This document shows positions 1 to 12,468 of a stretch of DNA of 64,000 bases, piece by piece. The stretch is taken from positions 23,854,162 through 23,918,161 of the forward strand of contig JASCQW010000112.1 of NCBI GenBank assembly GCA_030264375.1, read 5' to 3'. Numbering within the stretch: the first letter of the stretch is position 1; the number at the start of each line of letters is the position of its first letter. Made by a program: the position numbers and the translations under genes. This DNA comes from Carcharhinus longimanus (taxonomy: Eukaryota). A model generated the notes under the pieces. It was not told where the DNA came from. It did no database searches and saw nothing but the letters and a program-made list of their open reading frames with translations.

Positions 1-96
1 ACCTGCTGCACCTGCAGGCTGGGTTTTTGTGACTCATGCACAAGGACCCCGAGGTCCCTCTGCACCGTAGCATGCTGTGGTTTTTCGCCATGTAAG
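1..96 (-). mobile_element. CR1 LINE fragment
   Basis: Reverse strand reads as the CR1 ORF2 'RDLGVLVHES' region. Confidence 0.6.
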
Positions 97-1044
97 AAGT
101 AGTAGTAGTAGTAGGAGAAAAAGAAATGAGCAATAGCTTGTCAGACATGTTGGAGCTGAGGATAGCCTGAGCTGCTTCAAGAACAAGTGGCTGAAATTTT
201 ACGATTAGAGCAAAAAACATATTCAATAAACTCCTATTGGCCCACATGAGCTGACCTCAGAACTACAGCAGTGGCTTTGCAACTTTTGTTTGTGGTGACA
301 GGACTTTGCAAAACCACATGAGGTCTCTTCTGACATCTTAAGGGTGTTATGTTGCTTTACAAAACAAAGAGTACTTTTCATTTAATAAAAGGTGAGTACA
401 TCAACAAATACAAAAACCTTACTCCCCATCCCTCCAGCATCTAAGCATCATTTTTGAAGACTAAAATGACCTTTCCCAATGCCCCATGTTGGAATATGGA
501 ATGGTGTGCAAAGTCTGTTTGCTTGTTTTCCTCTTCCCAAGGTCAGACAGATTCTTGAATGGTCCTATCAGTTCCCAGAGTGAGAGAAGCTCTGGGTTTC
601 CTTCTTTTGGTCTAATTTGCTGCCAATGTGTGGCTAGCTAACGTTTCTATTTTGGGGTACATTAACCTCACTGCAGATAGCTGTTCCTTCACTCTTCTCT
701 GTTTATTTTGCCACACTGAGTCATCGCTGATTACAGAAAAAGGATCATTGGAGGTTTTTTGAGTGCTGTTTATTAAACCAGTAACTCTCTGGCACTTTTG
801 TAGGAGTGATGCCATTTACTGTACTTTTTTTTTATTCATGCCTTTTGCCAGTTGACAAATGTCAACACAAATGGGTATGACAAACTGAAGCACACATTCA
901 CATGTACTTTCTGCTTCCACTGAACTCTGCCAAGTTTCATGTATCAGATCTTCTCAATGCCTTTTGCCTCTCACTGGAAGTTATTGGCATATAGAGATTG
1001 TTCTTTAGGGGATGGGAATAAGTGTGAATTTGTGAGGATTATTT

Positions 1045-1334
1045 GGGGTGGTACAGAGAGGTTGGCGCATCACTGCATCTCAACACCAGGGACCCAGGTT
1101 CGATTCCTGGCTTGGATCACTGTCTGTGTGGAGTCTGCATGTTCTCCCCGTGTCCTCCAGATGCTCTGGTTTTCTCCCACAGTCCAAAAGACATGCTGGT
1201 TAGGTGCATTGGCCATGCTAAATTCTCCCTCAGTGTACCCAAACAGGTGCTGGAATGTGGTGACTGCAGATTTTCACAATAACTTCATTGCAGTGTTAAT
1301 GTAGGTATACTTGTGACATTAATAAATAAACTTT
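1045..1334 (+). mobile_element. HE1-type V-SINE, tail type B
   Basis: tRNA-like head (box B GGTTCGATTCC), central CTGTCTGTGTGGAGT..CTCCCACAGTCCAAA domain, tail ending AATAAATAAACTTT. Confidence 0.9.
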
Positions 1335-2870
1335 AGAACTTTCCAAGCTGCAAGCAGATAATGAAGCCATGATTACAGAATTGAAACCAGTTAAAACTTG
1401 ATCAAAGACAAACATGCCCAACAGAGGAACAAAAATTGAGGACAAGGACAAAGCTCTGCTGCTGATGGAAAAAGAAAAAACACAAATCCAATGTTGAAGA
1501 TCAATGAAATAGAAGAAAAAGCACTGGGTGCCTCAGATTTACTAAGAGCCATTAAATTGTCAAAAAATGACATAGTTGAAATGAAAGTCAAGAACCTATG
1601 TCAAGAAAAAATTGAACGGTTGCAAGAAAAGATAGAAGTTGTCACAAAGAAGCGTCTCAGAAATAATTAGTAGATGTAAATTTACACAGTATGAACCTGA
1701 AGGTTAGCACATAGGAATTAGTTTCTGCCAAGGAAAAGCTACTCAGTGCAGAGAACCAGCTTTCAAGTACGGAAGATAATGAAAAGTTAGAACTTGATGA
1801 ACTTCTAGTATCATAAGTTTTGATTAAGTATTGCAAAAAAATGCCTGGAACAAGGAAAAGGTTGCTGTTGGTTGAACATAAAATTAACAATCAAAACTGA
1901 AGAAATGTTGAAACATCTTGAAATTCTTAAATATCGATGTAAGCTGAAGACCATGAATGATACAATGTTCAGCATGGAAATGTAAAGCCAAATTTGAGGA
2001 TCAAACAATTGAATTGAAAGAGTCTAAGGAGTAGTCAATGAACATGGAAGAAAAGCTCCAAAAGAAACAAGGCCCAGGTAAAGTTGTTAAGCTTGTATCA
2101 GGGTTCCACAAATAGCTTTGGGGAGTTCAGTTGTCTTTGTTTCAGAGTGGTGGCTAAGCTGAATGAAAAGATTAATCAACTTGGAAAAGGACTGGAAAAT
2201 AAGAGAGTGAACAAACATTTGGTGAAAATTGTGAAACAAGTGGAATGAATTAAAAAAACATCAGTTTCCAGAAAGAACATGGGGAACCATGGGTGGATAG
2301 GATAGAGGTAGAGAGGCTTTTCCCGCTCAAAGGACAGTAGGACTAGGGGGCACAGCCTCAAGATAAAGGGGGGGTGGTTTAGAACAGAGTTGAGGAGGAA
2401 CTTCTNNNNNNNNNNNNNNNNNNNNNNNNNNNNNNNNNNNNNNNNNNNNNNNNNNNNNNNNNNNNNNNNNNNNNNNNNNNNNNNNNNNNNNNNNNNNNNN
2501 NNNNNCTTATTGAATGGCGGGGCAGGCTCGAAGGGCTGGATGGCCTACTCCTGCTCCTATTTCTTATGTTCTTATGAACCCACACAAAAAGAAAACCTGA
2601 ATCCACTCTGTGAATAAATGGAGCAAACATTCCCTCCTGATGGAACAGGATAAGCTTATGTTATCCAATCAAAGTTGACCAATCATCAGCAAAGAAAAGC
2701 ATAACACTAAACAGTGCAGGAAGCAAAACAGATGTTGAAACCTGAATGTTTCAAACATGAAGTACTACAGTTTCAACTCCAAACCAACAAAGTCCACCTG
2801 AAACAACTAAGACTACTACTCCCCAAATGGGAAGAGAATCAGATCTGGAAATCAAAGACTTTTTAAGGCC
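1335..2870 (+). pseudogene. Heavily decayed, intronless coiled-coil retrocopy resembling SYCP1, interrupted by a CR1 3' end
   Basis: A-rich E/K/L/Q-coding texture with stops and frameshifts. Collinear peptide remnants IEDKDKALLLMEKEK, KINEIEEKA, LLSAENQLSSTED, KTEEMLKHLEIL, KINQLG, TQKE...LMEQDK parallel recalled SYCP1 segments INDKEKQVSLLL, KVNQLEEKT, LLRTEQQRLEKNED, KQEERMLKQIENL, KVNKLE, LQKE...LMEKHK. Confidence 0.5.
2277..2576 (+). mobile_element. CR1 LINE 3' end (gapped), inserted in the retrocopy
   Basis: ...RTRGHSLKI.. end of ORF2; tail GGCCTACTCCTGCTCCTATTTCTTATGTTCTTATG. Confidence 0.85.
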
Positions 2871-4089
2871 GTCTGAATTTGTAAAGTCAATGATTTGGGT
2901 GGAAAATGGGTAGACATGGAAATGTTATGTTGCAAGTATGTTTGGGTAACAATTTGGGGGAGGTACTGTATAAGGATGTTTGGGTTATTAAGGGACTGGG
3001 GAAACAGTACCACCCACATTATGAAGCAGAGTCTAATGATGGTAAACTGTGTGTAGACAGAAGTCAGCACAAAGATAGCAACTAAATGGGGCTTATACCT
3101 TGGAGATATGTATATAGTTGTATGTTGGCAACAGTTTATGTTCAACCAACAAGTCTCCAGACCACTTCGTGAGACACTAAACAACCTTACATATTCTTTG
3201 AATTTCAAGTGCTACATATTGTATTTAGAAAGTTTTTGTCAGCACACTTGTGTGATGTATATGTGCTGAAAATACTGCTGAAAATCCAGCAAGCTATTTC
3301 CCATACAAAGTAATCTTCCAAACCTATGTGTGAAGTGTTCTACTTTCCTCATGTATAGAACTTAAATATCATTGCAACTCTCCATAGAGAATGGTGCGAC
3401 CTTGGGGCTCTCATATTTGGGTCATTTTTCTTTAAAGTTAGATTACCTGTTACAAAATTGAGTGAATAATAACTTGACCTAACTAAAAATAAGCAAGGTG
3501 ACAAAGGTCTTCTAAAATATCATTGCACGTAGTTGGTTATTTTCAGTCAGTTAAAGGTAGTTTTTACTTGGTTAAGTACCAGTAGGTGCTGCACATCTGA
3601 ATACAACAAGTACAGCACTCAAGTAATCTTGAAATTCAAGATTATTTTAATTTGTACAAATGATGAAGATATTGAGGTAATTTTCAACTGCCATCCTGCT
3701 CCCTTGACTCTCTCCTGGAAGATCAGTGAGCTGAAAATGAGATGGACGGCACACCTCAGACACTGTTTGAACTTCCAAGACCAGTTTGATGCAATTTTCA
3801 GGGCCTGTGCATGCTCTGTACCAGGTACTGAATGTCCTAATCAGCAGTTCATGACTCTGTTCTTTTACATTTGTGGCACTTTATCTCCAAATAAATGCTG
3901 CAGCCTGCCAACAGTTTGTAGTCAATCTAGAAAGAACAAAGAGAATTACAGCACAGGAACAGGCCCTTTGGCCCTCCAAACCCTGTCCAATGTTGACTAT
4001 CCTCCATGTCCCCGCCACCCTGCCAATAGAAGTCTCCACTCCCACACCCTGTGAGCTGCAGCAGATTGCTGTTTCTTTGGTGTCCACAG

Positions 4090-5195
4090 CTTAGGAACAT
4101 ACACAGATTCACTGCACAGAAGGAGGCCATTTAGTTCTTTGTATCCACACTGGCCATAAATATGCGATCCAGTTTAATACCTCCTTCCTGTTTTGATCCA
4201 TAGCTGTGTCGGTTACAATACATTAAATGCATATCCAATTGTTTTTTTAATGGAATGAGAGCTTCTGGCTCTCCCACCTTTTCATGCAGCATGTTCCAGA
4301 CCTTGATCACTTGTTGAGTGGAAAAAAGCTCTTCTCTAATTTAAAGTAATTGCTAGAAAAACTAATGCTCCCAGGCTGTTGACGGTCTCTGATAATTGAG
4401 GGCCTTTGTCATTTCATTCACTTCAATTAAATTTCTCCCCTTTTCAAAAGAAAACGGTCAATCTTTTTCGTAGTTAAGATTCTCCAATCCTGGCACCATT
4501 TTCATAAATCTCCACTGTATCTTCTAAAGTATAATCATATCCTTCCTGAAATGTGGAGACCTGAACTGTGTGGAATGGTCCAGATGTGGCCTAACTACTG
4601 TTTTATATAGTTTTCACATAACCTCCTTGCTCTTATACTCTAACATTGGTCAGTTAAAGAAAGTATCCTGTATGCCTTTTAGATCATCACATCTGTCTGT
4701 CCTACTACCTTCAGGACATGCACTCCAAGATCTCTCTGTTCTTCTGCAGGCCTCAGAATCCTATCATTTATTGTATATACCCTTGCCTTGTTTGCTTCTT
4801 CAAATGCCCTTGCACTTCTCCAGGTTATGTACCATTTGCCACTTTTCTGTCCACCTGATCAGTCATTAGTATCTTTCTGTAGCTTTCTTCCTTGTTATCA
4901 ATCATATAGCCAATTTCCTTAACAACTGCAAACATCTTAATCATGCCCCTGAACTTCAGTGTTAATCATTAGTAATATGAAAAGCGAGGGGTCCTGTATT
5001 GAGCCTTGCAGAACCTCACTGCAAACAGTATTCCAGCCACAAAAAAAATTACAATCATTTACTACATGCCACTGAGCCAATTTTTGATCCAACTTGGCAC
5101 TTTTCTCTTGGATCCCATGACTTTTAAATGTTTTTGGTCACTCTACCATGCAAGATTTTGCCAAAAGCCTTAGTAAAATACAGTATTACAGTTCA
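4090..5195 (-). mobile_element. Decayed CR1 LINE 3' region
   Basis: CAGAAGGAGGCCATT tail and degenerate RT/C-terminal CR1 sequence on the reverse strand. Confidence 0.7.
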
Positions 5196-6090
5196 CTNNN
5201 NNNNNNNNNNNNNNNNNNNNNNNNNNNNNNNNNNNNNNNNNNNNNNNNNNNNNNNNNNNNNNNNNNNNNNNNNNNNNNNNNNNNNNNNNNNNNNNNNAGT
5301 ATTACAGTTCACTTGGGGAGTCTGAGTTGCTGTGGCAACTTGGCACTTTATATGTGCATGTTGTAGTTTGGAACGATGGACAGTGATGGCAGAGGAACCA
5401 ACTGTCTTTCGATCACGTGACTGACCAGGAATCTCTCCCTGCTCTTACCAACTGCCATTCATTTATTTTGGAAGAATTTGTAGGTTGATACTGAAATTGC
5501 GTGGTGCCCCTTTTTTGACCATCAAGTCCTGAGGTGAACCTCAAATTCAGAGTTTCTGGCTCAGAGGCAGAGTTGCATCACAAGACCTCATAAAATCCAT
5601 GTAGACTGTGGTGATATGTGCCTGCATGTATTTGTNNNNNNNNNNAGTGCGGAGATTAAAGTGGAATTGGAGGATGGCACAGTCCATAGCACAGTACACA
5701 CAATCACATGACAATTGTCTCTCTGAGAACAATCTAGTTCTAAATGACAATGTATCATTTCTTACTTACGTTTTCTAAAACTATCTCATCAAAAGAATCC
5801 AAAATTAAAGAGTGCAATGTCTTTGATGTTACAAATGCAACATTTCACCCACAACTACCTTTTGTTACCTTCTTGTAATGGGTTGATCCTACAGTGATTC
5901 TCTTAATTTACTTTATCAAGACCCATCATTATTTTGAACAACTCTGTCAAATCCCCCCTTAACTTGCTTGCTTTAACAACAGCAACCCCAGTTTCCCTAG
6001 TCTCTCCACATCGGTGAAGTATTTTGTTCGTGGAACCATTCTAGTAATTCTCCCTGGACCCTCCAACTTGATGTAAAAGTAAAAAAAAGT

Positions 6091-6391
6091 AAAGTTTATT
6101 TATTAGTGTCACAAGTAGGCTTATATTAACACTGCAATGAAGTTACTGTGAAAATACCCTGGTTGCCACACTACAGCGCCTGTCTGGGGACACTGAGGGA
6201 GAATTTAGGCCAGTGCACCTAACCGGCACATCTTTCAGACTGTGGGAGAAAACCTGAGCACCCAGAGGAAACCAATCAGATACGGGGAGAACGTGCAGTC
6301 TCTGCACAGACAGTGACCCAAGCTGGGAATCAAACCCAGATCTCTGGCACTGTGAGGCAGCAGTACTAACCAATGTGCCACTGTGCCGTCC
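6091..6391 (-). mobile_element. HE1-type V-SINE, tail type B, inside a decayed CR1 (~5905-6560)
   Basis: Reverse complement of the same head, central domain and B tail. Confidence 0.9.
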
Positions 6392-6777
6392 TTATGTTCT
6401 TCCTAAGGTCTGGTGCCTAGATTTATCCATAACACCCTAGTTGGGGCCTATTCAGTGTTTTAGAGAGATTTTGCATTTAATTTCATGGCTTGCAAATAGA
6501 GGCATAGAATGAAAAAGCAAAGAATCTGCTTGTCTTTTTAACAGCCTTCTCAACCTTGTCCTGCCNNNNNNNNNNNNNNNNNNNTGTATATAACCACCAC
6601 CCGCACCCGCCCGCCACACTATTTCTGTGTTCCTCCATTCCTTTTAAATTTGTGTCACGTTTTCTCAATTATTTTGCCTCGTTCCATTTCCCTACCAAAG
6701 TCATTCATTTTCATCTGCCACATGTGTGCCTGTATCAAGAGTCTGTGCCCTCCAACTCCTCTCCATTTCGTATCGAC

Positions 6778-6872
6778 ATTTGGCCATGCTAAATTCTCGC
6801 TCAGTGTATCTGAACAGGAGATTTTCACAGTAACTTCACGTAAGCCTACTTGTGACACTAACAAACAAACTT
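6778..6872 (+). mobile_element. HE1 type-B tail fragment
   Basis: GGCCATGCTAAATTCTC...GCCTACTTGTGACACTAA. Confidence 0.8.
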
Positions 6873-7537
6873 TAAAAAGTTTCAAACTATGACCTGTGTG
6901 CCCAATTACAGGTTATTAATATTTCTCAAAAATGACATGGAAAAGAAGGGGATGACCGGAAGGGATGGCTAGACTTCCTAAAATGTATTTTTTTTGTAAG
7001 CGAGAAATCACTTTGCCAGGAAAAAGGAATCTGTTAGATCTGTGCACTAATCACTGCTGTATTTAAAGGGAGAAATTCATTTGAAAATGTTGCCATTGGG
7101 TACATCAGCACTTTTGGAGGTACTAATTATGGAACCAATCATTAAAAAATTGAACGGGTACAAGAACAGCATTGAACTGAATGTAAACTTCCCAATTAAT
7201 ACTACATGCAGCAACTGTTACAGCTAGCATTTGCAATGCTAAAACATTCAAGGTTCCTCATTAAACCTAGGTTTTAAGTATTCCATAATGTCATATACTT
7301 AAAATAAAATTAGCTTAGAGCCAATCATTTAGTTGTAAAATCTCGAGTATGTGATGCATTGTATTGATACAGGATCACCTTCATAAATAGCATGGAAAAT
7401 TATTTTTCTGCCATCTAGAAGTCTACAGACTTTGGGTGAGATTTTCCAGCCACTGTCGCCCCAAGACCGGAAAATCCCGCCCAAGGTCAACAGACCTTTG
7501 CATGGTCCAGGCCCCGCCTGCTACAATGCACCGGGGC

Positions 7538-7713
7538 TCCTAGTCGCCACACTCTGGCACCTGTTCGGGTACACTGAAGGAGAATTTAGCATGGCCAATG
7601 CACCTTACCAGCACATCTTTGGAGTGTGGGAGGAAATCGGAGCACCCAGAGGAAACCCACGCAGCCACAGGGAGAATGTGCAAACTCCACACAGACAGCA
7701 ACCCAAGCCAGGG
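7538..7713 (-). mobile_element. Truncated HE1 type B nested in a short MITE (7434-7730)
   Basis: Reverse-strand central domain and partial tail. Confidence 0.85.
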
Positions 7714-7772
7714 ACAGCAAAATTCCACCCTTTCAGTTGTGACTTAAACACTGAAATATGCATGTCTTGAGC

Positions 7773-8067
7773 GGGCAGCATGGTGGCACATTGATCAGCA
7801 TTGCTGCCTCACAGCGCCAGGGACCCAGGTTCAATTCCTGGCTTGGCTTGCTGCCTGTGTGGAGTTTGTACATTCTCCCTGTGGCTGCGTGGGTTNNNNN
7901 NNNNNCTCCCACACTCCAAAGATATGCTGGTTAGGTGCATTGGCCATGCTAAATTCTCCCTCAGTGTACCCGAACAGGTGCCACAGTGTGGCGACTAGGA
8001 GATTTTCACAGTAACTTCATTGCACTGTTGATGTAAGCGCTCTTATGAGACTGTTAAATAAACTTTA
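7773..8067 (+). mobile_element. HE1-type V-SINE, tail type B
   Basis: GGGCAGCATGGTGGCACA head, box B, B tail. Confidence 0.92.
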
Positions 8068-8729
8068 AACACACAAATGAGGGACAGAAATGACAACTGA
8101 AAAATATTGGTAGATGAAGTAAAGATATTTTAGTGTGTTGGTTGATTTTGAGGCACAAAGCCAACTTGGGATGCATGCTTGTCTATTTTCACTAAGCTGC
8201 TAAATTAAGGTCATCTCATCAAAAGAAGCCAAAATTGAAGAGTCAATGTTTCTAGTGTTACAAATGCAGTACTTCCCCAGAACTGCCTTTTGTTACCTCC
8301 TTGCTACAGGTCGATCCTAGCATGATTATTTCGAAATGTTGGACTGTTGTTTTGATGTCAAGTGCAGAACATAATTGTGTTTGGGGTTGACCTAATTTTA
8401 GCAAATAATTATGCTGTGCCTGACAGTACAGTAATTGAATGAGTTTTCATGCATTCTACTTGGTGCCATAGGTGATGATGTTGTTTTGTTTTCCTTTTAA
8501 TTCATCCTCTCTGTTAGCAACCTATTTCTTGAGGCTGGGTTTAAATTCATGAACCTGTCTTATTATATCATAAGATTTGCGGGACAACATGCTGTGCCAT
8601 CTGCTCCAGTTGTTTTTCATTAGAACACTCAACATATTATAGCAATTTTGTTATTAGCACCTATTTTGTTTAAGGTATGTGAATGGTTTACCCATACAGA
8701 ATGCACAACAAAGGACTAGCTGCCATAAG

Positions 8730-8890
8730 AGCTGAAAATTTTGGAAATACTAGGGTCTAGGTTCTGATGAAAGATGACAGAGTTGAACTTTTCACTTTGT
8801 CTTCTCTCCTACGTATTCTACCTGACTTGCTGAGTACTTCCAGCACTTTCTTTTGCTTTTTTTTTGCAGTATCTACTGTAATTTGTTTTT
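8730..8890 (+). mobile_element. Decayed Penelope-like terminal repeat, family 2
   Basis: TTCTGATGAAAG...CTGACTTGCTGAGTACTTCCAGCAC; related to 18930-19030 and 24855-25225. Confidence 0.5.
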
Positions 8891-8918
8891 ATGTAAATGT
8901 TTAGCTGCTGTCCTCAAA

Positions 8919-9221
8919 GGCGTCACAGTGGTAAAGTGATTAGCACTGCCGCCTCACAGCGCCAGGGATCTGGGTTCGATTCCCGGCTTGGGTCACTGTC
9001 TGTGCAGAGTCTACACGTTCTCCCCTGTGTCTGCGTGAGTTTCCTCTGGGTGCTCCCCACAATCCGAAAGACATGTTGGTTAGATGCACTGGCCATGCTA
9101 AATTCTCCCTCAGTGTACCTGAACAGACACTGGAGTGTGGCGACTAGAGGATTTTCACACTAACTTCATTGTGGTGTTAATGCAAGCCTACTTGTGACAC
9201 TAATAAATAAACTTAAAACTT
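8919..9221 (+). mobile_element. HE1-type V-SINE, tail type B
   Basis: Full head, central domain, tail AATAAATAAACTTAAAACTT. Confidence 0.92.
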
Positions 9222-10105
9222 GTTTCTAAGCTAAAAACCTGAATGCATTTCAATGGTTGCATCTGTCTTCACTGCTTTCTTGTAACTTGCTTGCAATAAA
9301 TCTAGAAAATACCAAGAACAACAAAAGGCCTACTGTTCTCTGACATGGTACAGGAGATGGTGGTGTGCTGTGACTGCAGCATGTGGGAATCTGTGGAGTG
9401 CACAGCAATCCTGGATAACTGTATCTGCAGTACATGTCTGCAGTTTGCACAACTTCCACTCAGAGTCACTGAACCGGAGTCTGAGTTGTGCACATCACAG
9501 GCCATCAATGAGAAGGAGAGTCATCTGTGTATTTTGTTGCGAGGAGGCAGTCACACCCCTCTGGTTAGTCAGAGCTTTGGAGTTGAGCAATGATCAGGGA
9601 CAGGCAGGTGTGACTGCGAGTCAAGCATGTATGGGGAATTAACATGTAGTGATGGGGAAGCTTCAGCCGCTGACTTTGCCCAAAGGATACAAGGTGTTTG
9701 GTGTTCCATGTGGATGAAGAGGACTGCAGGATGGATGCGCCGACTACCCATGGAACCATGGTGAAGGATGCCATTCAAGTTGGAGATGCAGAGTGGGCGG
9801 AATAGATACTGTTCTCTACAGCCATGACCAGGAGCTCTGAAGTTCCCTACCTGGTGCTGGAGTTCATTTCCTTGAACCCGAGAGGAATTTGAGATCTCCA
9901 TGGGAACCACCAACATAGCAAAACATCATTCCCGTTTCTAACTAAGAGAGTTTTAATGGTTATGTTGCAAATTAAAATTCAGAACATCCAAGGTAATCAT
10001 CTCTGGATTGTTTCATTAGCTACATGGCAATTGGCATAGGATGATGCAGATTAGAGAATTAAAGGTATAGCTCAGAGGATGGTGTGGAAAGAATGGGTTT
10101 CAATT

Positions 10106-10414
10106 CATAGAATTAGAATTCCTACAGTGCAGAAGGAGGCCATTCAGCCTATTGAGTCTGCACTGAGCATAATCCCATCCAGGCCCTATTCCCGTGACCC
10201 CTTATATTTACCCTGCTAATCCCCCTGACACGAGGATTAATTTAGCATGGCCATTCAACCTAACCCACACATCTTTGGACTGCAGGAGGAAACTGGAGCA
10301 GCTGGAGGAAACCCACACTGACACGGGTAGAGTGTGCAACTCCAAACAGACAATGGCCTGAGGCCAGGATTGAACCCAGATCCCTGGCATCAGTGCTAGC
10401 CACCGTGCCACCCC
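10106..10414 (-). mobile_element. HE1-type V-SINE, CR1-like tail type A
   Basis: Reverse complement ends GGCCTCCTTCTGCACTGTAGGAATTCTA. Confidence 0.9.
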
Positions 10415-11410
10415 ACTAATGTGCTATTTCGTTGGGATGGGCTCTACTTAAACTGGATTGTGACCACTGTCCTGGCCAATCATTTAATTAGGGCTGTGGA
10501 CAAAGCATTAAATTAATGGGGTGATGTTTGGTTGAAGGGAGATCTAGAAATCCAGAAGAATGTTCAAGACAACAAAACTAAAGACAACTGGCTAAAGTGA
10601 ACAGAGTAGGACAGAAGTGGACAGACTTTAAGTTAAATTGTGCATCAGTGAATTGCAGGAAATAGAAGTAAAAAAAAGAAAATTAAATGTTCCTTATCTG
10701 AATGCGTGAAGCACCTGTAACAACATAGATGAACTAGTGGCACAAAGAGAGGTCAATGGTTAAATGTAATTGCCATTACAGAGACACGTGGTTGCAAGAT
10801 GATCAAGGTTGGGATATAAGTATTCCAGGGTACACAATATTTTGGAAAGACAGGCAATGCCAAAGGAAGAGGGGTAGCCTTAATAGTAAAGGGTGACAAA
10901 AGGGCTTTAGTGAGAAGTGATCTGGCTTCAGAAGATCATGATGTAGGATCATAATGGATGGAAACAAGGAACGGCTAATGTCAGAAAAAGCTGCTGGGAG
11001 TAGTTTATAAGTTGTCTCATGATGGTTTTACTGTTGGACAGATCATTAAACAAGAAATTATTGGAGTTTCTAATAAAAATTGTCATTTGTGGGAAAATTT
11101 AATGTTCATATAGACTGGGATAATCAAATTGGCAAGAGGGGTCTAGAAGATGAATTTGTAGAATAATTTTGTCATGGTCCTTGGAGCAATAGATTGTGGA
11201 ACCACCTAGTGATAAAGCTATCTTAGACCTAGCTCCGTGTAATGATGTAAGGTTAATTAGTAATGTAATTTTAGAAAATCTATTGGAAAATAGTGATCAT
11301 AATACCATTGAATTCCATGTTAAATTTGAAGGTGCCGTACTGTAATAAATAAGAATCTTAAACTTAACCAAAGCCAAATACATAGGTATGAGGGGAGAAC
11401 TGACTAAGAT

Positions 11411-12468
11411 TGGTTCACTCCAGTGGGGTTTACAACTGCTCTCCACTAATGGGGGACTGGCAATCGCCGTTGCTGGAGGGAACAGAGGGCTTAGAGGTCC
11501 CCGTGGGAGGTCAGAGGTAAGGAGAGGAGGGGGGTGGGGGCGGTGTCCTTTGGTTAGTGTCAGCCTGGCACCTTGGCATTGCCAAAGGGAAAACTCGCAC
11601 TGTCCAAGGGTCACCTCGGCACTGGCCACAGGACATCGGGTAGGGCCGGGGTGGGGGGGGGGGGGATCGTTGAGGGTGGGGGTACTCGCTGCCACTCTGC
11701 ACAGGGATCGCAGGCAGAGGGAGGGAGGAGCTGGCCAGCCAGGTGGGGGATGTTGGGGGTGTCNNNNNNNNNNNNNNNNNNNNNNNNNNNNNNNNNNNNN
11801 NNNNNNNNNNNNNNNNNNNNNNNNNNNNNNNNNNNNNNNNNNNNNNNNNNNNNNNNNNNNNNNNNNNNNNNNNNNNNNNNNNNNNNNNNNNNNNNNNNNN
11901 NNNNNNNNNNNNNNNNNNNNNNNNNNNNNNNNNNNNNNNNNNNNNNNNNNNNNNNNNNNNNNNNNNNNNNNNNNNNNNNNNNNNNNGGGGGATGTTGGGG
12001 GTGTCAGGAGTGTTGGGTGGAGGAGGGGGGGAGTGAGATTGGGGGGTAGTGTTGATCAGGTGGGGCTCTGGGAGATCAGGGCTGGTCAGAGGAGGGGAAA
12101 CCGAGGCTTGCCAGGGAGGTCCAGGAGAGTAGCAATTGGGGGTGGGGGGGAGAGGGGGGCTCTGCAAGGCCAGCTATGGGGGTGTGGGGGGAGAGGCCAG
12201 CGATCGGGTGGTCAGCAATGGGCGCCAGTGCACATGCACTAATCTGTGCTCTAACAATCCAACACATGCGCCGTGGCGCTCTCAACGCTATGCTGCCAGC
12301 CTTTCAGGTGGGAATAGGCCCTGCTCCTAGCTTTACAGAGGGAATCCCGCTAGGGCACTCTGCAGTGCTCAGTGTGTGAGAGATCCATTCTGGAAATCAC
12401 GCTGAAAAAAAAAGTGAGAATTAGTCTTATTTTCCTGCAAACTGGGGACTTTTTGGGAGAATCCTGGC
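11411..12468. mobile_element. GC-rich non-autonomous DNA transposon (Harbinger-like MITE family), gapped
   Basis: Shares subterminal blocks (GGGAATAGGCCC, GGCACTCTGCAGTG) with 13025-13980 and 19088-19536; ends GGGAGAATCCTGGC. Confidence 0.6.

Noticed and set aside
939-1304. Recurring short ORFs (..GHCLCGVCMFS.., ..LAMLNSPSV..)
   Set aside because: Translations of HE1 SINE copies.
5180-5313. Identical sequence on both sides of 100-N gaps (AGTATTACAGTTCACT here; GGGCAGGCCTATATAGTCACCATT at 33072/33196)
   Set aside because: Typical unmerged contig overlaps; assembly artefact, not TSDs.
7773-7845. tRNA-like sequences with A and B boxes
   Set aside because: SINE heads, not tRNA genes.
11388-12242. 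284-aa Gly-rich ORF
   Set aside because: Runs through a 223-N gap in a G-rich MITE; no protein signal.
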